Source of the DNA: Promethearchaeota archaeon | GTDB lineage: Archaea > Asgardarchaeota > Thorarchaeia > Thorarchaeales > Thorarchaeaceae | Reading direction: 5' to 3' | Assembly: GCA_014728035.1 (NCBI GenBank) | Contig: WJMJ01000131.1 | Span: 32,001-96,000, forward strand | DNA length: 64,000 bases | In this document: piece after piece, positions 9,159 through 19,968 of the stretch | Numbering within the stretch: position 1 is the stretch's first letter | How the letters are laid out: each line of letters starts with the position of its first letter | The notes under the pieces: generated by a model | What the model was told of the DNA's origin: nothing | The model's database searches: none | Seen by the model: the letters and a program-made list of their open reading frames with translations, nothing else | Made by a program: the position numbers and the translations under genes

Positions 9159-10226
9159 TTGAAACAAAAAATCAGGATTACATTATTGATACTATTGTTA
9201 TTTTCAGGCGTGATTTGCTCCTTATTTCCATCTACTACAGCTCAAGAGAGTCCAGTTCTCAAAGTAGCTGTATCAGTTACTCCCTTGGCAGGGTTGGTAG
9301 AAGCAACAGGAGGGGACCTAGTCGAGATATTTACGCTATTACCAGAAGGGATAGAACCCCATGTCGCTCAACTTCCTCAAGATGCAATCAATGCAGCTGA
9401 AGAAGCAGATTTGTTAGTTTTCACAGGACATTTCCCATGGGAAGAAAGTCTGGCTGACACAGTCGATACACCATACATTGACCTTGAAGATTTCGAACAA
9501 TATGGTGCTGAACTTCTGCCATTTCCAGGCGAAGAACATGACCACGCACTTGCGCAGGATGAACATGATCATGAGGGGAATCCTCATGGATTTTGGTTGT
9601 TGCCAGATAATGCAATTGCAATTGCTAATGCCACCAGAGTAGCTTTTACTAGTCTGAATTCAACATATACAGAAACATGGAACGACAATTTTGCCCAGTT
9701 CGTTGAGCGGGTAGATTCGTTTCAAGGGTTAGTAGCTGCAATGGATTCCGAGTATGATTTCTCATCACTAACAGCAGTAGTTGTTTTTCCAGCTGAAGCA
9801 TATGTTGCAGAAACCTTCGGGATAGAGCCAATAGGTGTTCTTCAGGAGGGAGAAAATACCTTCATCTCAGGAGGAGAATTATTAGAGGTTCAAGAGGGTT
9901 TGAGAAACGGGAGTATTGACATGATTATCGGGTCTGAAGTCGCATTACTCCAAGCGGGAGGAGAATTTGCCACTCAATTATCACAAGATACAGACTCTTC
10001 TTTGGCATGGATTAGAACCCTGTCATTTCCAGAGATGAATGATTACATTTCACTAATGACATACAATCTTGGAGCCGTAATCAACAGTTTGAATCAAGCA
10101 GAAGCTTCAGCCGGAGAAGGAACCCTCACACTTGTACTAGTAGGGATTTCGGGGGGTTTAGCAGTTATTGCTATTCTTGAAGCAGTCATATTAATTCAAC
10201 GCGCCAGAACCGAAGAGGACTTCTAA
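9159..10226 (+). CDS. znuA: Zn/Mn ABC transporter substrate-binding protein with C-terminal membrane anchor
   Basis: Signal peptide, LPEGIEPH, His-rich loop, NPHGFWLLP and a C-terminal TM helix. Confidence 0.9.
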   Translation: MKQKIRITLLILLLFSGVICSLFPSTTAQESPVLKVAVSVTPLAGLVEATGGDLVEIFTLLPEGIEPHVAQLPQDAINAAEEADLLVFTGHFPWEESLADTVDTPYIDLEDFEQYGAELLPFPGEEHDHALAQDEHDHEGNPHGFWLLPDNAIAIANATRVAFTSLNSTYTETWNDNFAQFVERVDSFQGLVAAMDSEYDFSSLTAVVVFPAEAYVAETFGIEPIGVLQEGENTFISGGELLEVQEGLRNGSIDMIIGSEVALLQAGGEFATQLSQDTDSSLAWIRTLSFPEMNDYISLMTYNLGAVINSLNQAEASAGEGTLTLVLVGISGGLAVIAILEAVILIQRARTEEDF

Positions 10227-10237
10227 CAGACCAAATA

Positions 10238-10564
10238 TTAGGCATCAACCTTGGTGCCTAATCTCATATTATATACTTGGAATTCTAATTCTGTAAGTTC
10301 ATCTTGTAGTATACGATATTTTTCATCAAATTCCTCTGGACTAATAGTACCAGACTTCTTCTCACGAACTAGACTCTTGAGTTCTTTCTGACGTTTTTGA
10401 ATCTCAGCTTTGAGTTGTTCCCAACGTTCCTTGTTTGAAGACATGGAAGATGCCCAAGATTTGCTGGATTTTGCGTCTTGCTCAAGTTGTTCTACCATAT
10501 CATCAAGAGATTTCTTGATAGTTGCTGGATCGTTCTTCTTTTCTTTTTCACTCAAACCTGACAC
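10238..10564 (-). CDS. Hypothetical coiled-coil protein with SHOCT-like motif
   Basis: Charged helical sequence with GTISPEEFDEKY; probable GTG start at 10564. Confidence 0.65.
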   Translation of the reverse strand: MSGLSEKEKKNDPATIKKSLDDMVEQLEQDAKSSKSWASSMSSNKERWEQLKAEIQKRQKELKSLVREKKSGTISPEEFDEKYRILQDELTELEFQVYNMRLGTKVDA

Positions 10565-10610
10565 CTGCACAAGAGTAGAAGTCAGGAAATATATGCCTTC
10601 AGATAAGACG

Positions 10611-11546
10611 TTATGGGAAAATAACCGCAAAGAAAGGAATTACTGGTAACAGCAGCAAGGTTCCAATAGTTACGGCTGTGGCAGCAGTTTCATGGTCCAA
10701 ATCAAACCCTGCCGCCAGAATTACAGTAATCACTGCGGGAGGCATCATTGCTTGAAGTAACAACACCTGTGTAGTGACTTCAGACAATCCTGCAAAGAAA
10801 AGAACTAGTGCAATAAAGAAAGGCACAATAAGTTGTCTAATTCCGATCGCTTCCACAGCTGCTCGTAAATCACTCAAAAGGAATTTACTACCAACGCCAA
10901 TTCCAACCACAAATAGAGAGAGATATGTAGTAATCTGCCCGTTCCAGAAGAGCAGGGGTTCAAACACTAAAGGTATTGAAACACTAAATGCAAGCAACAC
11001 AATACCTAGCAGAACAGTCAAGAAAGGTGGAAAAGTGATTGCTTTTTTCACCTGTTCCTGCCATTTTACTTCGTTTCCACTGAAATGAGCTGCTATCAAA
11101 GGTCCCAAAGTTGTAATCAATGTCATCTGAGTGATTGAAAAAAATGCAACAACTGCAATTCCAGCATCCCCAATAAACATCAAGATGAGAGGAACAGGGA
11201 GAAATATCCCATTATTGAATCCAGCACATAATAGTAGAGCTCCTTTTTTGGGATTGGGTGTTTCAGTGGTCCTGAATCTTATCAGCATAAAGCCTATTCC
11301 GAGAATATGAATAAGAAGAGTTATCGAAATGATTGCAGGTACTTCAAGAACAGTACTTGTCGGTGCAGTAAGAAGTGTTTGTAAAACCAGAATCGGTAAC
11401 ATGATATTGAGCAATATTTTTGTCAAAATCTTGTTGATTGATTCTGCTTTCTGATACAGTTTCACAAAAAGATAGCCTATCAAAATAGGTATGTAGAACA
11501 AAGTAAGTTTGATAGTGAAATCCATGATTGCTTGAATCTGCAACAC
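10611..11546 (-). CDS. AEC (auxin efflux carrier) family transporter
   Basis: About 10 TM segments; FNNGIFLPVP, FPPFLT and LLLQAMMPPAV motifs. Confidence 0.88.
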   Translation of the reverse strand: MLQIQAIMDFTIKLTLFYIPILIGYLFVKLYQKAESINKILTKILLNIMLPILVLQTLLTAPTSTVLEVPAIISITLLIHILGIGFMLIRFRTTETPNPKKGALLLCAGFNNGIFLPVPLILMFIGDAGIAVVAFFSITQMTLITTLGPLIAAHFSGNEVKWQEQVKKAITFPPFLTVLLGIVLLAFSVSIPLVFEPLLFWNGQITTYLSLFVVGIGVGSKFLLSDLRAAVEAIGIRQLIVPFFIALVLFFAGLSEVTTQVLLLQAMMPPAVITVILAAGFDLDHETAATAVTIGTLLLLPVIPFFAVIFP

Positions 11547-11593
11547 CCAATTATTTCGAAATCAGTCATGTAAAAAGACAGTCGATATACGCA

Positions 11594-13384
11594 CTAGATT
11601 CCATCGAGTTGAAGATTCTTTAAAGCCTTCAAAGAGGGGATACCTGAAGCCCGGTCCCATTTACGATATCGATAATATTCATCCAATTGAGATTCAAGAT
11701 CAGGTACACTTTCTTCAATGATGCTATCTTTCAATGGTTGAAGTAGTGGTTTAGGTAATGTATCTTGTTTTGGTTTGAAACCAAGACGCAGATTGATTAG
11801 ACGTTTCAGAGTAACCCCTCTGGCACCAATATGGGGAATATCTTGAATAGAATAGTTTGAGCCAATTGCAAAATTAAGTAAATCAATCAGGTCAGCCAAT
11901 GGAAATATCGGAAAATGACAAACAATTACAGAATCACAAAATGCCCTGAAATCTTGAACTCGCGCTACTAGTTCCCCTTTGCCAGTATTGTCCAGTCGGT
12001 CTCCAGAATTTATTCCGAGCTCGGGGTATTCAACATCCATAGCCACTGCGAAAACATCACTCTCAGTATGTGCTGCACCTCGAGCTGCGATTGCATATGT
12101 AGTAGCCATTCCAACAAAAGCACGTGGATCGTGATAGGGGATATCAAGTCCCTTCACATGGAGAGCTTGGTCAAGAGAATCAATTTTTTGTGCAAATTGG
12201 ACGATTCCGTTGGCAAGACTATCTCCAAAACCTCTGCGATGGGAAATTTCTACTATCAAATCATAGACAAGCTGAGAATCACCCCATTGAAGATTATGGC
12301 CTGATGCCTTACTACTTAATCTACCACATTTGGTCATAGAAATGGCAAATCCGATAACACCACCCGTACTGATGGTATCAATTCCCATCTCATTGCATAG
12401 ATGATTCAATCTAGCAATATCAGGCAGATTATCAATTAGTAGATTTGTCCCAAAAGCAGCAATTGTTTGGAATTCAGGCCCCATAACAGCATCTTCAGAT
12501 ACAGCTAGCTCTACTTTGCGTCCACAGCCTATTGGACAGGAATAACAGGCATTTCTACCAACCAAGATATCCTTCATTGCATCTGCATTAATTCTGTCAA
12601 CATCGAACTCTGCATCTTGGAAGTACCGAATTGGCATGTCATTGTGCAACATACCCCGGGTAACATACATAGCAGTCCCTTGCTTTGATAACATCTCATG
12701 ATTTCTTCGTAGTGATTTTCCGACTTTTCGAGCTAATTCTTTGAACTTGTGTGGATACGCCAGCAATATTGGCTGAGAACCTTGCACTGCAAGTGCTTTT
12801 AGATTCTTAGAGCCCATTACAGCCCCAAGCCCACATCGTGCAGCAACACGCCCATCATGATTGATACCCGCAAAATGAACCAAATTTTCACCGGCAGGCC
12901 CAATTGTGGCAACTTCACATCTGCCAACTTCTTCTCTAATACTCTGTTGAGTCTCGCTAGTGGTCATTCCCCATAAGCTCTCGGCGGATCTAATTTCGAT
13001 TTGTTGTTCAGTTATGTGAAGATAACACGGATTTTCAGATTGGCCAATTACAAGCACCCCATCCAGACCAGCGAACTTCAATTCCGCACCAAATCTACCA
13101 CCAACATGAGATTCACCCCAAAGGCCAGTAAGGGGTGACCTTCCACACACAACATGTCTACCTGAGCATGGAGCTGATGTGCCAGTAAGAGGACCCGTCA
13201 TGAATAATAATGGACTGGAGGGGGAAAGGGGGTCAGATGAGGTTGTAGAAAAATCATATAAAATACGAGCAGCAAGACCACTACCACCAAGAAATTGGTC
13301 TAAGAAAGATCTGCGGGGTTTTACTACCTGTGTCATCTTCTTTGTTAGATCGGCTACTAGAATTCTATCACAATGTCCATTCAT
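11594..13384 (-). CDS. aor: Tungsten-dependent aldehyde:ferredoxin oxidoreductase family protein
   Basis: FLGGSGLA, SPLTG, IGPAGEN, AARCGLGAVMGSKNLKA, CYSCPIGC, GPEFQT and DTIS motifs. Confidence 0.95.
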   Translation of the reverse strand: MNGHCDRILVADLTKKMTQVVKPRRSFLDQFLGGSGLAARILYDFSTTSSDPLSPSSPLLFMTGPLTGTSAPCSGRHVVCGRSPLTGLWGESHVGGRFGAELKFAGLDGVLVIGQSENPCYLHITEQQIEIRSAESLWGMTTSETQQSIREEVGRCEVATIGPAGENLVHFAGINHDGRVAARCGLGAVMGSKNLKALAVQGSQPILLAYPHKFKELARKVGKSLRRNHEMLSKQGTAMYVTRGMLHNDMPIRYFQDAEFDVDRINADAMKDILVGRNACYSCPIGCGRKVELAVSEDAVMGPEFQTIAAFGTNLLIDNLPDIARLNHLCNEMGIDTISTGGVIGFAISMTKCGRLSSKASGHNLQWGDSQLVYDLIVEISHRRGFGDSLANGIVQFAQKIDSLDQALHVKGLDIPYHDPRAFVGMATTYAIAARGAAHTESDVFAVAMDVEYPELGINSGDRLDNTGKGELVARVQDFRAFCDSVIVCHFPIFPLADLIDLLNFAIGSNYSIQDIPHIGARGVTLKRLINLRLGFKPKQDTLPKPLLQPLKDSIIEESVPDLESQLDEYYRYRKWDRASGIPSLKALKNLQLDGI

Positions 13385-13584
13385 CGCAATACCTCACAAT
13401 TCTACTTTTGCTAGAGAAGCAAATCCTTGATGGATATGCAATCTATCTTATTACATATAGGTGATAAAAGGTGTCTGAATCTTCGTGAATAACGGATACA
13501 CTTGTATAAAATTAGATTCTATGACAGAAATAAACAAGTAACTAGCGCAGGTCAATTATTGAACACACAAGATGAAAAAGAAAA

Positions 13585-13606
13585 GCCCTGAGCACATTCT
13601 CAGGGC
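13585..13606 (-). terminator. Hairpin plus U-tract terminator of the CPBP protease gene
   Basis: GCCCTGAG-N6-CTCAGGGC, followed on the minus strand by TTTTCTTTTT. Confidence 0.7.
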
Positions 13607-13630
13607 GTCAATTTACTACTTTGTAGTTTG

Positions 13631-14548
13631 TTATGATGAATTCTCCTGACCGGTAAGAGTTTCACTCCCATAGTGTCTAAGAAGGGGAATTGCAATAGCC
13701 CATGGCAATATACCAACAACAAACGCTAAAGCAACAGGAATTATTGCCATTAGAAACAAACTGACGATATTGTTAATGGCATGGAATATGATGCAGATGA
13801 ATACACTCTCAGTATTGTTGTACAACCAAGTGTAAATCACAGCAATCCCAACCATCGTTAACACATTGAAGAATAACACCTGAATTATTGACACGATTGC
13901 AACAATCAGAAATCCTTCAGCGGGGATATCTGCAGGAAGGTTTGTAATTGTATTAAAGATCAGAAAAGGCCAATGCCAAATGCTCCAAACAACACCTAAC
14001 TTGTAACTAGCTTTCTCAGCTGTCATATTACTCATCATTTCTGGCAATGCGAATCCTCGCCATCCTGGTTCCTCAAATCCACTAGTGAATATCTGATAAA
14101 TAATAAGTGGTAGAAGATATTGTATGGGAACAGCTAATTCCAATGGAGTCGGAAGAGGTATATCAGCAACCAATGCAATCATCAAAGCTGGTACTGTAAG
14201 AATAAAGGGGATGATGAAAATTGCAAGATAGTACCTTTTGTCAACTTTCCATTTCTTCATTCTAGAGAATAAATCTGACAGGCCTTCTCGACCATTTGTT
14301 GTTAACAGAACTGTAATAGCAGCAATCAAAGGACCATACACACCAATTGCGAATACAATAGAAATGATGGCATGTTCTGAGTTTACAAAACCAGTCTGGA
14401 TAATCTGCCCAAATGTACTATGATTAAGAAGACTATAACCATTCAAATATGCAATAATTGATGTGGGAATCCAGCATAGAGCAGTGAATATAATTGCTAT
14501 CGCGAAATAGGAGTTTAGTGGTTTCTTTTTTATAAGCGCGGTTACCAT
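13631..14548 (-). CDS. CPBP/Abi (CAAX protease family) intramembrane metalloprotease
   Basis: EEPGWRG, WSIWHWP and HAINN motifs in a multi-pass membrane protein. Confidence 0.92.
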   Translation of the reverse strand: MVTALIKKKPLNSYFAIAIIFTALCWIPTSIIAYLNGYSLLNHSTFGQIIQTGFVNSEHAIISIVFAIGVYGPLIAAITVLLTTNGREGLSDLFSRMKKWKVDKRYYLAIFIIPFILTVPALMIALVADIPLPTPLELAVPIQYLLPLIIYQIFTSGFEEPGWRGFALPEMMSNMTAEKASYKLGVVWSIWHWPFLIFNTITNLPADIPAEGFLIVAIVSIIQVLFFNVLTMVGIAVIYTWLYNNTESVFICIIFHAINNIVSLFLMAIIPVALAFVVGILPWAIAIPLLRHYGSETLTGQENSS

Positions 14549-14662
14549 GGTAATCGAAACAACGCAAAAAACGACCCCTTAGTAAGAGTTTCTAAATGAA
14601 TCATAAAACTGACAACTTATTACTTGCTTTCGAAGTTCAAAGAGGATGAGGAATTTAGTACG

Positions 14663-15754
14663 ATGTCGGAGAGCGAGCAAGTTCAGGACATAAAAGAGAG
14701 TGAACCAAAGAATGGTTCTTCAAGTCAAGATGATTCACCGAAAGCGGTCTATGCATGGATTGGCGGATTGATATTTGCTATAGGATTTACCATGTTGATC
14801 TGGGCTTTAGGACCCCTTCTTGATGGGTATTCACACTTGCCAGATCAAGGTGCTACTTGGTACTATTGGCAACTTCCAGTTCGGGACGATATACTCATGT
14901 TGCTTACATGGATATTTTACCTGTCACATCAGTTTGCCATTTGGGGCGCAATATACTGGGCTCAAAAGAATTTGAAAGAGCTCAGGGCAAGACCAACAAA
15001 AGGATTGACAAAATATAATTTCATGGCAATCTTCATCAATGTAGCATTTGTAATTCTGCATCTGATTCAGACTCACTTGTGGTATGATGGGCTAGCCCAA
15101 GACGTTCCAATCTGGACATCACAAGGTTCAGTAATAGTTATGCTTGCAGTCATTCTTGCTATCGAGAATCCAAGACGTGGTTTCATTCTGGGTAAGAAAA
15201 TGGGCAAACCAATGACCGCTAGAGTTACTGGCTTCTTCAGAAGAGCTCATACATACATCTTCGCATGGGCCCTTGTCTATACATTTTGGTTTCATCCAAT
15301 GGATGCAGACCCCCAGTTGTTAACAGGTTTCTTCTACATGTTCTTGCTGTTCACACAGATATCACTAGCATATACTACAGTTCATGTGGATAAACGTTGG
15401 ATAGTCATCTTGGAGTATAATGTGGCGTTTCATGGAGCGATTGTAGCAGTGTTCAATACAGCATTCTTCAATAGTGCTGAGATGTGGCCAATGTTCTTTA
15501 GTGGTTTCACATTCATGTTTGTATTCACGTACATGTACGCATTCGATATCAAGCGAGAGATTCGCTGGCTAGTCATGCTGCTTTACTTTGGATTCTTAGC
15601 TTGGTTATACTTGCCAGCGCCTCTAGGATTTGGTCGAGATCCAATGCGACTGATGATGCTAGAATTTCTCTGGATTCCAATAGTACTCTATGGGCTATCA
15701 ATAGCACTTGCAGGACTAGTTTTTCTGTATTATAAAGTACGAAATAGAGAATAA
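14663..15754 (+). CDS. Multi-pass membrane protein with several intramembrane His residues, unknown function
   Basis: About 10 TM segments; WYYWQL, HLIQTHLWYDGLAQD and TFWFHPM motifs. Start refined to the ATG at 14663. Confidence 0.75.
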   Translation: MSESEQVQDIKESEPKNGSSSQDDSPKAVYAWIGGLIFAIGFTMLIWALGPLLDGYSHLPDQGATWYYWQLPVRDDILMLLTWIFYLSHQFAIWGAIYWAQKNLKELRARPTKGLTKYNFMAIFINVAFVILHLIQTHLWYDGLAQDVPIWTSQGSVIVMLAVILAIENPRRGFILGKKMGKPMTARVTGFFRRAHTYIFAWALVYTFWFHPMDADPQLLTGFFYMFLLFTQISLAYTTVHVDKRWIVILEYNVAFHGAIVAVFNTAFFNSAEMWPMFFSGFTFMFVFTYMYAFDIKREIRWLVMLLYFGFLAWLYLPAPLGFGRDPMRLMMLEFLWIPIVLYGLSIALAGLVFLYYKVRNRE

Positions 15755-15760
15755 AATAGA

Positions 15761-15790
15761 AAGAGGTGGGGGCTATCCCCCCAACCTTCT
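15761..15790. terminator. Bidirectional hairpin between convergent genes
   Basis: AGAGGT-GGGGG-CTAT-CCCCC-AACCTTCT between two stop codons. Confidence 0.6.
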
Positions 15791-17121
15791 TACTGAACAT
15801 CAGCAACATGAACACTACAAGAAACACAGGGATCGTATGAACGTACAACGGTCTCAAGTTTTTGTCCGATTATCTTTTTGTCAGACACACCTTGCTCAGA
15901 GAGTGCAGATGCCATCCTTTTTAGATCATCCTCAACAATAGGCAGAAACATCGCAGTAGGGGTAACGATGTCAGTTTCAGACACCTTGCCACTCTTATCA
16001 ACCCTTATCGTATAAGCAAGAAGTCCACGAGGTGCTTCTGTCATGGATACCCCTGTACCGGCCTTGGTTATCTTGGGCTTGATACGTTTCTCATACGGTT
16101 TGAGTTCTTCCGATAAAGTTTCAGCAATTTGTTCAGCTCTGTGTACAAAGTGTACAAGTTCTACTGCTTGTGCAAAATTATTCGACATAGGATTGTTAGG
16201 GTCAAGGTGTGACTCGTACATTGTTGCTAGCTCTTTTGCTCGTGAGCTCAACCCCTCACCAAAGAGAGTATATCGTGATAAAGCTCCGGTCATGAAACAT
16301 TGTTCGTTATATGTGCCATGTTTAGCAAAAGAATGTCTAACAACAGATTCGTTAATCCGAATCTTATATGCGTCAGCCTTGAATTTGTCACCATCAGATG
16401 CAAAGACGGTATCACCTAACATTGTGTAGGACCCGTCATACGGTTGTAAAGCAAGATGGACTCGTTCAGCATCAACCTCAGGCCAGTTACGATAACTTAC
16501 CAAATTCTCTAAAGCTTCTTCTGAAGCGTTGTAGAGACGTGTAAGTCGAGCAGCAAGGGTCTCAAGACTTTTCTTTGTTGGGAGCTTGCCAAACCCACCG
16601 ATTAGTGCGTTCTCCTGATGGATGTACCTTGAACCAATAGTTGTCTGAATATCGGCACCGATATCTTTCAATTGAAGCCCCGCTTTCACTATATCTTTGT
16701 GGTCTTGACTCATTTGGAATGCATCAGGATAGCCAAGATAGTCCGGAAGAGCTAATAAGAAAAGATGCAAAGCATGACTCTCAATGAAATCACCTAAATA
16801 CATCAGTTCTCGTAACTTGATAGTCTGCTCTGTTGGAGTTAGACCAATTGCATTCTCTGCAGCTTGTACTGCTGTTATTTTATGAGCCGCTGCACAGAAT
16901 GAACATACTCTTGGAAAGACTGCAACAGCCTCTTCGACGGGTTTTCCAATCGTGATAGCTTCAAAATATCTTGGCCCTTCATAGACATTCATCTTGACAA
17001 TCTTAACTTCAGCGCCATCATATTCAACTTCAATTCCAGCTTTCCCCTCAATTCGAGCTATGTGGTCAATAGAGAGAGGATGCTTTAGAGATTTCGATGA
17101 TGATTTCTTTGACTTTGTCAT
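15790..17121 (-). CDS. hydA: Group 3b [NiFe] hydrogenase (sulfhydrogenase) large/alpha subunit
   Basis: RIEGK, L1 PRVCSFC, EAPRG and L2 DPCVSCSVH motifs. Confidence 0.95.
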   Translation of the reverse strand: MTKSKKSSSKSLKHPLSIDHIARIEGKAGIEVEYDGAEVKIVKMNVYEGPRYFEAITIGKPVEEAVAVFPRVCSFCAAAHKITAVQAAENAIGLTPTEQTIKLRELMYLGDFIESHALHLFLLALPDYLGYPDAFQMSQDHKDIVKAGLQLKDIGADIQTTIGSRYIHQENALIGGFGKLPTKKSLETLAARLTRLYNASEEALENLVSYRNWPEVDAERVHLALQPYDGSYTMLGDTVFASDGDKFKADAYKIRINESVVRHSFAKHGTYNEQCFMTGALSRYTLFGEGLSSRAKELATMYESHLDPNNPMSNNFAQAVELVHFVHRAEQIAETLSEELKPYEKRIKPKITKAGTGVSMTEAPRGLLAYTIRVDKSGKVSETDIVTPTAMFLPIVEDDLKRMASALSEQGVSDKKIIGQKLETVVRSYDPCVSCSVHVADVQ

Positions 17122-17936
17122 TATTCTGCACCTCCATAAATCCGATCCAACATATCTTCTAGACGAGGTTCATGTGCGCCAAAAATACGCATTCTATCCC
17201 GAACATGTTCCTTGGAGAGTCCCTTTTTCTTGAAAGTCATTGCTAGCGAGTCAAACCACGCAGTATCAAAGGGAACAGGTCCACGACATCCAACACAAGG
17301 GGTGTCAAAAGTGATACACCGTGCATCACAACCAGCAGTTGTAACCGGGCCCAGGCAAGGAGCGCCACGTTCGATAAGAATACAAGGATTGCCCTTTAGT
17401 CTGCATTCAGCACAAACCGGATAATCAATACGTTCGGGAAACGTGCCAAACAGAAAGGTCGATATTGAATACATGAGCTCATCTTCCTCAGGAGGGCAGC
17501 CAGGAATGTAGTAATCAATTTCCACATGATGATCGACGGGAGTTGCTTGAAGAGGCTTCATGTCAATCTCATCTTCACCATACACTGCCTTGTGTAGTTC
17601 ATCACAATTCTTCTCATCCTCAGACCAGCTTTGTACCCCACCATTGACAGCACATGCTCCTAATGCAACGACAATACGAGAGTGTTTTCGGATTTCCATC
17701 AATTCCTCCAAATCTTTCTCTGTAGAAACTGACCCCTCAACAAATGCAATATCTACATCTGCTGGCATCTTACTATCACTAGATAACATGTAGAAACTCT
17801 CGAAGCTAACACTCTTTGCAATATCAAGTATTTTTTGAACCGTCGCCAACATTAGCTGACAACCATAACAAGAGGTGAGAGCGTAAACTCCGATTTTGGG
17901 TTTGCAGTCGCCAAGACATTCAGATAGTGTAACCAT
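17121..17936 (-). CDS. hydD: Sulfhydrogenase small/delta subunit
   Basis: TSCYGC, VEGSV, GACAVNGG, PGCPP, VCAEC, CLGPVT and CVGCRG motifs. Confidence 0.93.
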   Translation of the reverse strand: MVTLSECLGDCKPKIGVYALTSCYGCQLMLATVQKILDIAKSVSFESFYMLSSDSKMPADVDIAFVEGSVSTEKDLEELMEIRKHSRIVVALGACAVNGGVQSWSEDEKNCDELHKAVYGEDEIDMKPLQATPVDHHVEIDYYIPGCPPEEDELMYSISTFLFGTFPERIDYPVCAECRLKGNPCILIERGAPCLGPVTTAGCDARCITFDTPCVGCRGPVPFDTAWFDSLAMTFKKKGLSKEHVRDRMRIFGAHEPRLEDMLDRIYGGAE

Positions 17937-18796
17937 TAAATCAACCCCGGTATACTGGTAATTGCGTAGTAATCAAAGACAGGACCGTCCTTGCACGCAT
18001 ATTTCCACGAAGTAGCTGTACCTATGTTGCAATGACCGCATTTGCCCACTCCGCATTTCATCCTTCTTTCCAAAGTCACAAAGATATATCGTGGGTCATA
18101 TCCTTTTTCTACAAGATAGTCAAACATTCCACGGTACATAGCTGGGGGACCACACATTGCCACTGCGCAATTTTTCGGATCCACATTAGCTTTATCCATA
18201 TGAACAGTAGCTCGACCATGAAGTCCTTCAAAATCAGGATCCCGTGTCGCAGTCTGAACAATTGAGATATTTTCTGCGGTTGCGATATCTTTCATTGCCT
18301 CCAGTTCTTTTTGGAAGAGCAATTCATTTCCATATTTTGCACTGTTAATGATCGTAATATTTCCAAATAACCATCGGTTATCTAGAGCATAGAGAAATAC
18401 CGAACGCAATGGGGCCATTCCCAGACCCGCAGCAACACACAACAAATCGCGCCCATGAAATTGCTCCATCGGAAAACCATTTCCATAAGGACCACGAATT
18501 CCGACCAGAGCACCAGGCTGTAATTCGTGAATTGCGGATGTGACTCGCCCAGCATTGCGAATACATAGTTCAAAAAATCCAACTCTTCTAGCTGAGGAGC
18601 AAATTGAGATAGGAACTTCACCCAGACCGAGAAGTGATACTTCTACAAATTGACCTGGCATGAATCTCCAATCTTGAGCAACTTCAGAATCTTCAAACCT
18701 AAAGAGGAACAATGATTCGAGCTCTGTTAGCTTGTACTTTCTCAAAAGTCTACATTTGTGAGTCTCATAGATACTTGGTTCTTGTTCTTTGGTCAT
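17936..18796 (-). CDS. hydG: Sulfhydrogenase gamma subunit (FAD/NAD(P)-binding, 2Fe-2S)
   Basis: [27 protein letters not shown] and [14 protein letters not shown] motifs. Confidence 0.93.
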   Translation of the reverse strand: MTKEQEPSIYETHKCRLLRKYKLTELESLFLFRFEDSEVAQDWRFMPGQFVEVSLLGLGEVPISICSSARRVGFFELCIRNAGRVTSAIHELQPGALVGIRGPYGNGFPMEQFHGRDLLCVAAGLGMAPLRSVFLYALDNRWLFGNITIINSAKYGNELLFQKELEAMKDIATAENISIVQTATRDPDFEGLHGRATVHMDKANVDPKNCAVAMCGPPAMYRGMFDYLVEKGYDPRYIFVTLERRMKCGVGKCGHCNIGTATSWKYACKDGPVFDYYAITSIPGLI

Positions 18797-19833
18797 TTCT
18801 CCACCTCCGGATATCCTCCAATCTCCATCAGATTACTTCTGAATTGAATTTCAGCAGGACAGAAATAGGTACATCTGCCACAGCCAACACAATAGGCAGT
18901 AGTGGTTTCGGGACAGTAAGCATTCTTACATTGATATCGATTATAAAATCGGTCTTTCTTGGTTTCTCGGAAATTGTGTCCACCAGCAACTAGTCCGTGA
19001 GTTCGGAATTGGCAAGAGTCCCAGAAACGGATACGTTCACCAGTTCTACCATCAATACTAGGTTTATCCTTTACATCATAACAGCGGCAAGTTGGACAAG
19101 TGAGTGTACAGTTTCCGCACCCGAGACATTTGTCAGCCTCGCGTTCGTACATCTTGTGATCCATTCTCAATTCTAGAAGATACCGCAAATCATCCCAATT
19201 ACCCTGTACCTTGAACTGTTTTGCCTTCTTTCGCTCGAACTCTGATACATTATCAACGTCTTTCTTTGAAACTTCAGAAAATAGATCCATATTTGGATCG
19301 ATAAGTTTGTGGCCTGTGACAGTCCCTACCCGGACCATAAATCCATCAGGGAGTTCGTGGAAAAATAGGTCAAACCCAGCATCAACAAACTCAATCCTTC
19401 GTACATTACAGAAACAGTATTCATCAGGAAGGCAAGATAGACCAATAATTATCCCATTTTGCCGACGAATCTGATAATAGGGATCAGGTTGTTCATCGAG
19501 AAATTCTGCATCCATAATCCGCAGACCGACAATGTCACAATTGTGAACACCAAACAAAATCACTCGTTCTTTCCTAGGCAGTTTTTCCTGTAATTCGACC
19601 TTGTGGGTATCAAATGTAAACATGGTTTCCTCTACAGGATAAAAAAATCGCCTCGGAGGACGAATCGTTCGATGATAGTCGAACTCCACCTGTTTTACAT
19701 CTTCAACCTCTTTGAAATCGTAGAACTTCTCAGAGATTTTTGAGGGCGCATACAGCGTCCCCATACCTTTGAGCCGATTCAGGAACTCATACGTGTTCTC
19801 ATGGGATATCTTCACATATCGCATTTCCGGCAC
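18793..19833 (-). CDS. hydB: Sulfhydrogenase beta subunit (4Fe-4S)
   Basis: [20 protein letters not shown] and [12 protein letters not shown] motifs. Confidence 0.93.
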   Translation of the reverse strand: MPEMRYVKISHENTYEFLNRLKGMGTLYAPSKISEKFYDFKEVEDVKQVEFDYHRTIRPPRRFFYPVEETMFTFDTHKVELQEKLPRKERVILFGVHNCDIVGLRIMDAEFLDEQPDPYYQIRRQNGIIIGLSCLPDEYCFCNVRRIEFVDAGFDLFFHELPDGFMVRVGTVTGHKLIDPNMDLFSEVSKKDVDNVSEFERKKAKQFKVQGNWDDLRYLLELRMDHKMYEREADKCLGCGNCTLTCPTCRCYDVKDKPSIDGRTGERIRFWDSCQFRTHGLVAGGHNFRETKKDRFYNRYQCKNAYCPETTTAYCVGCGRCTYFCPAEIQFRSNLMEIGGYPEVEK

Positions 19834-19968
19834 CTCATGGGGTAAATCAGCGGATGTGTTTGTTCAAACGATGAGCTCTAATAAAATGAAGCATGTGTAC
19901 TTGATGCTGAAAGTTTAAGTCAAAAAAAACTAATATAAATCAAAATATAGAGAAGGAATGGAATACTT

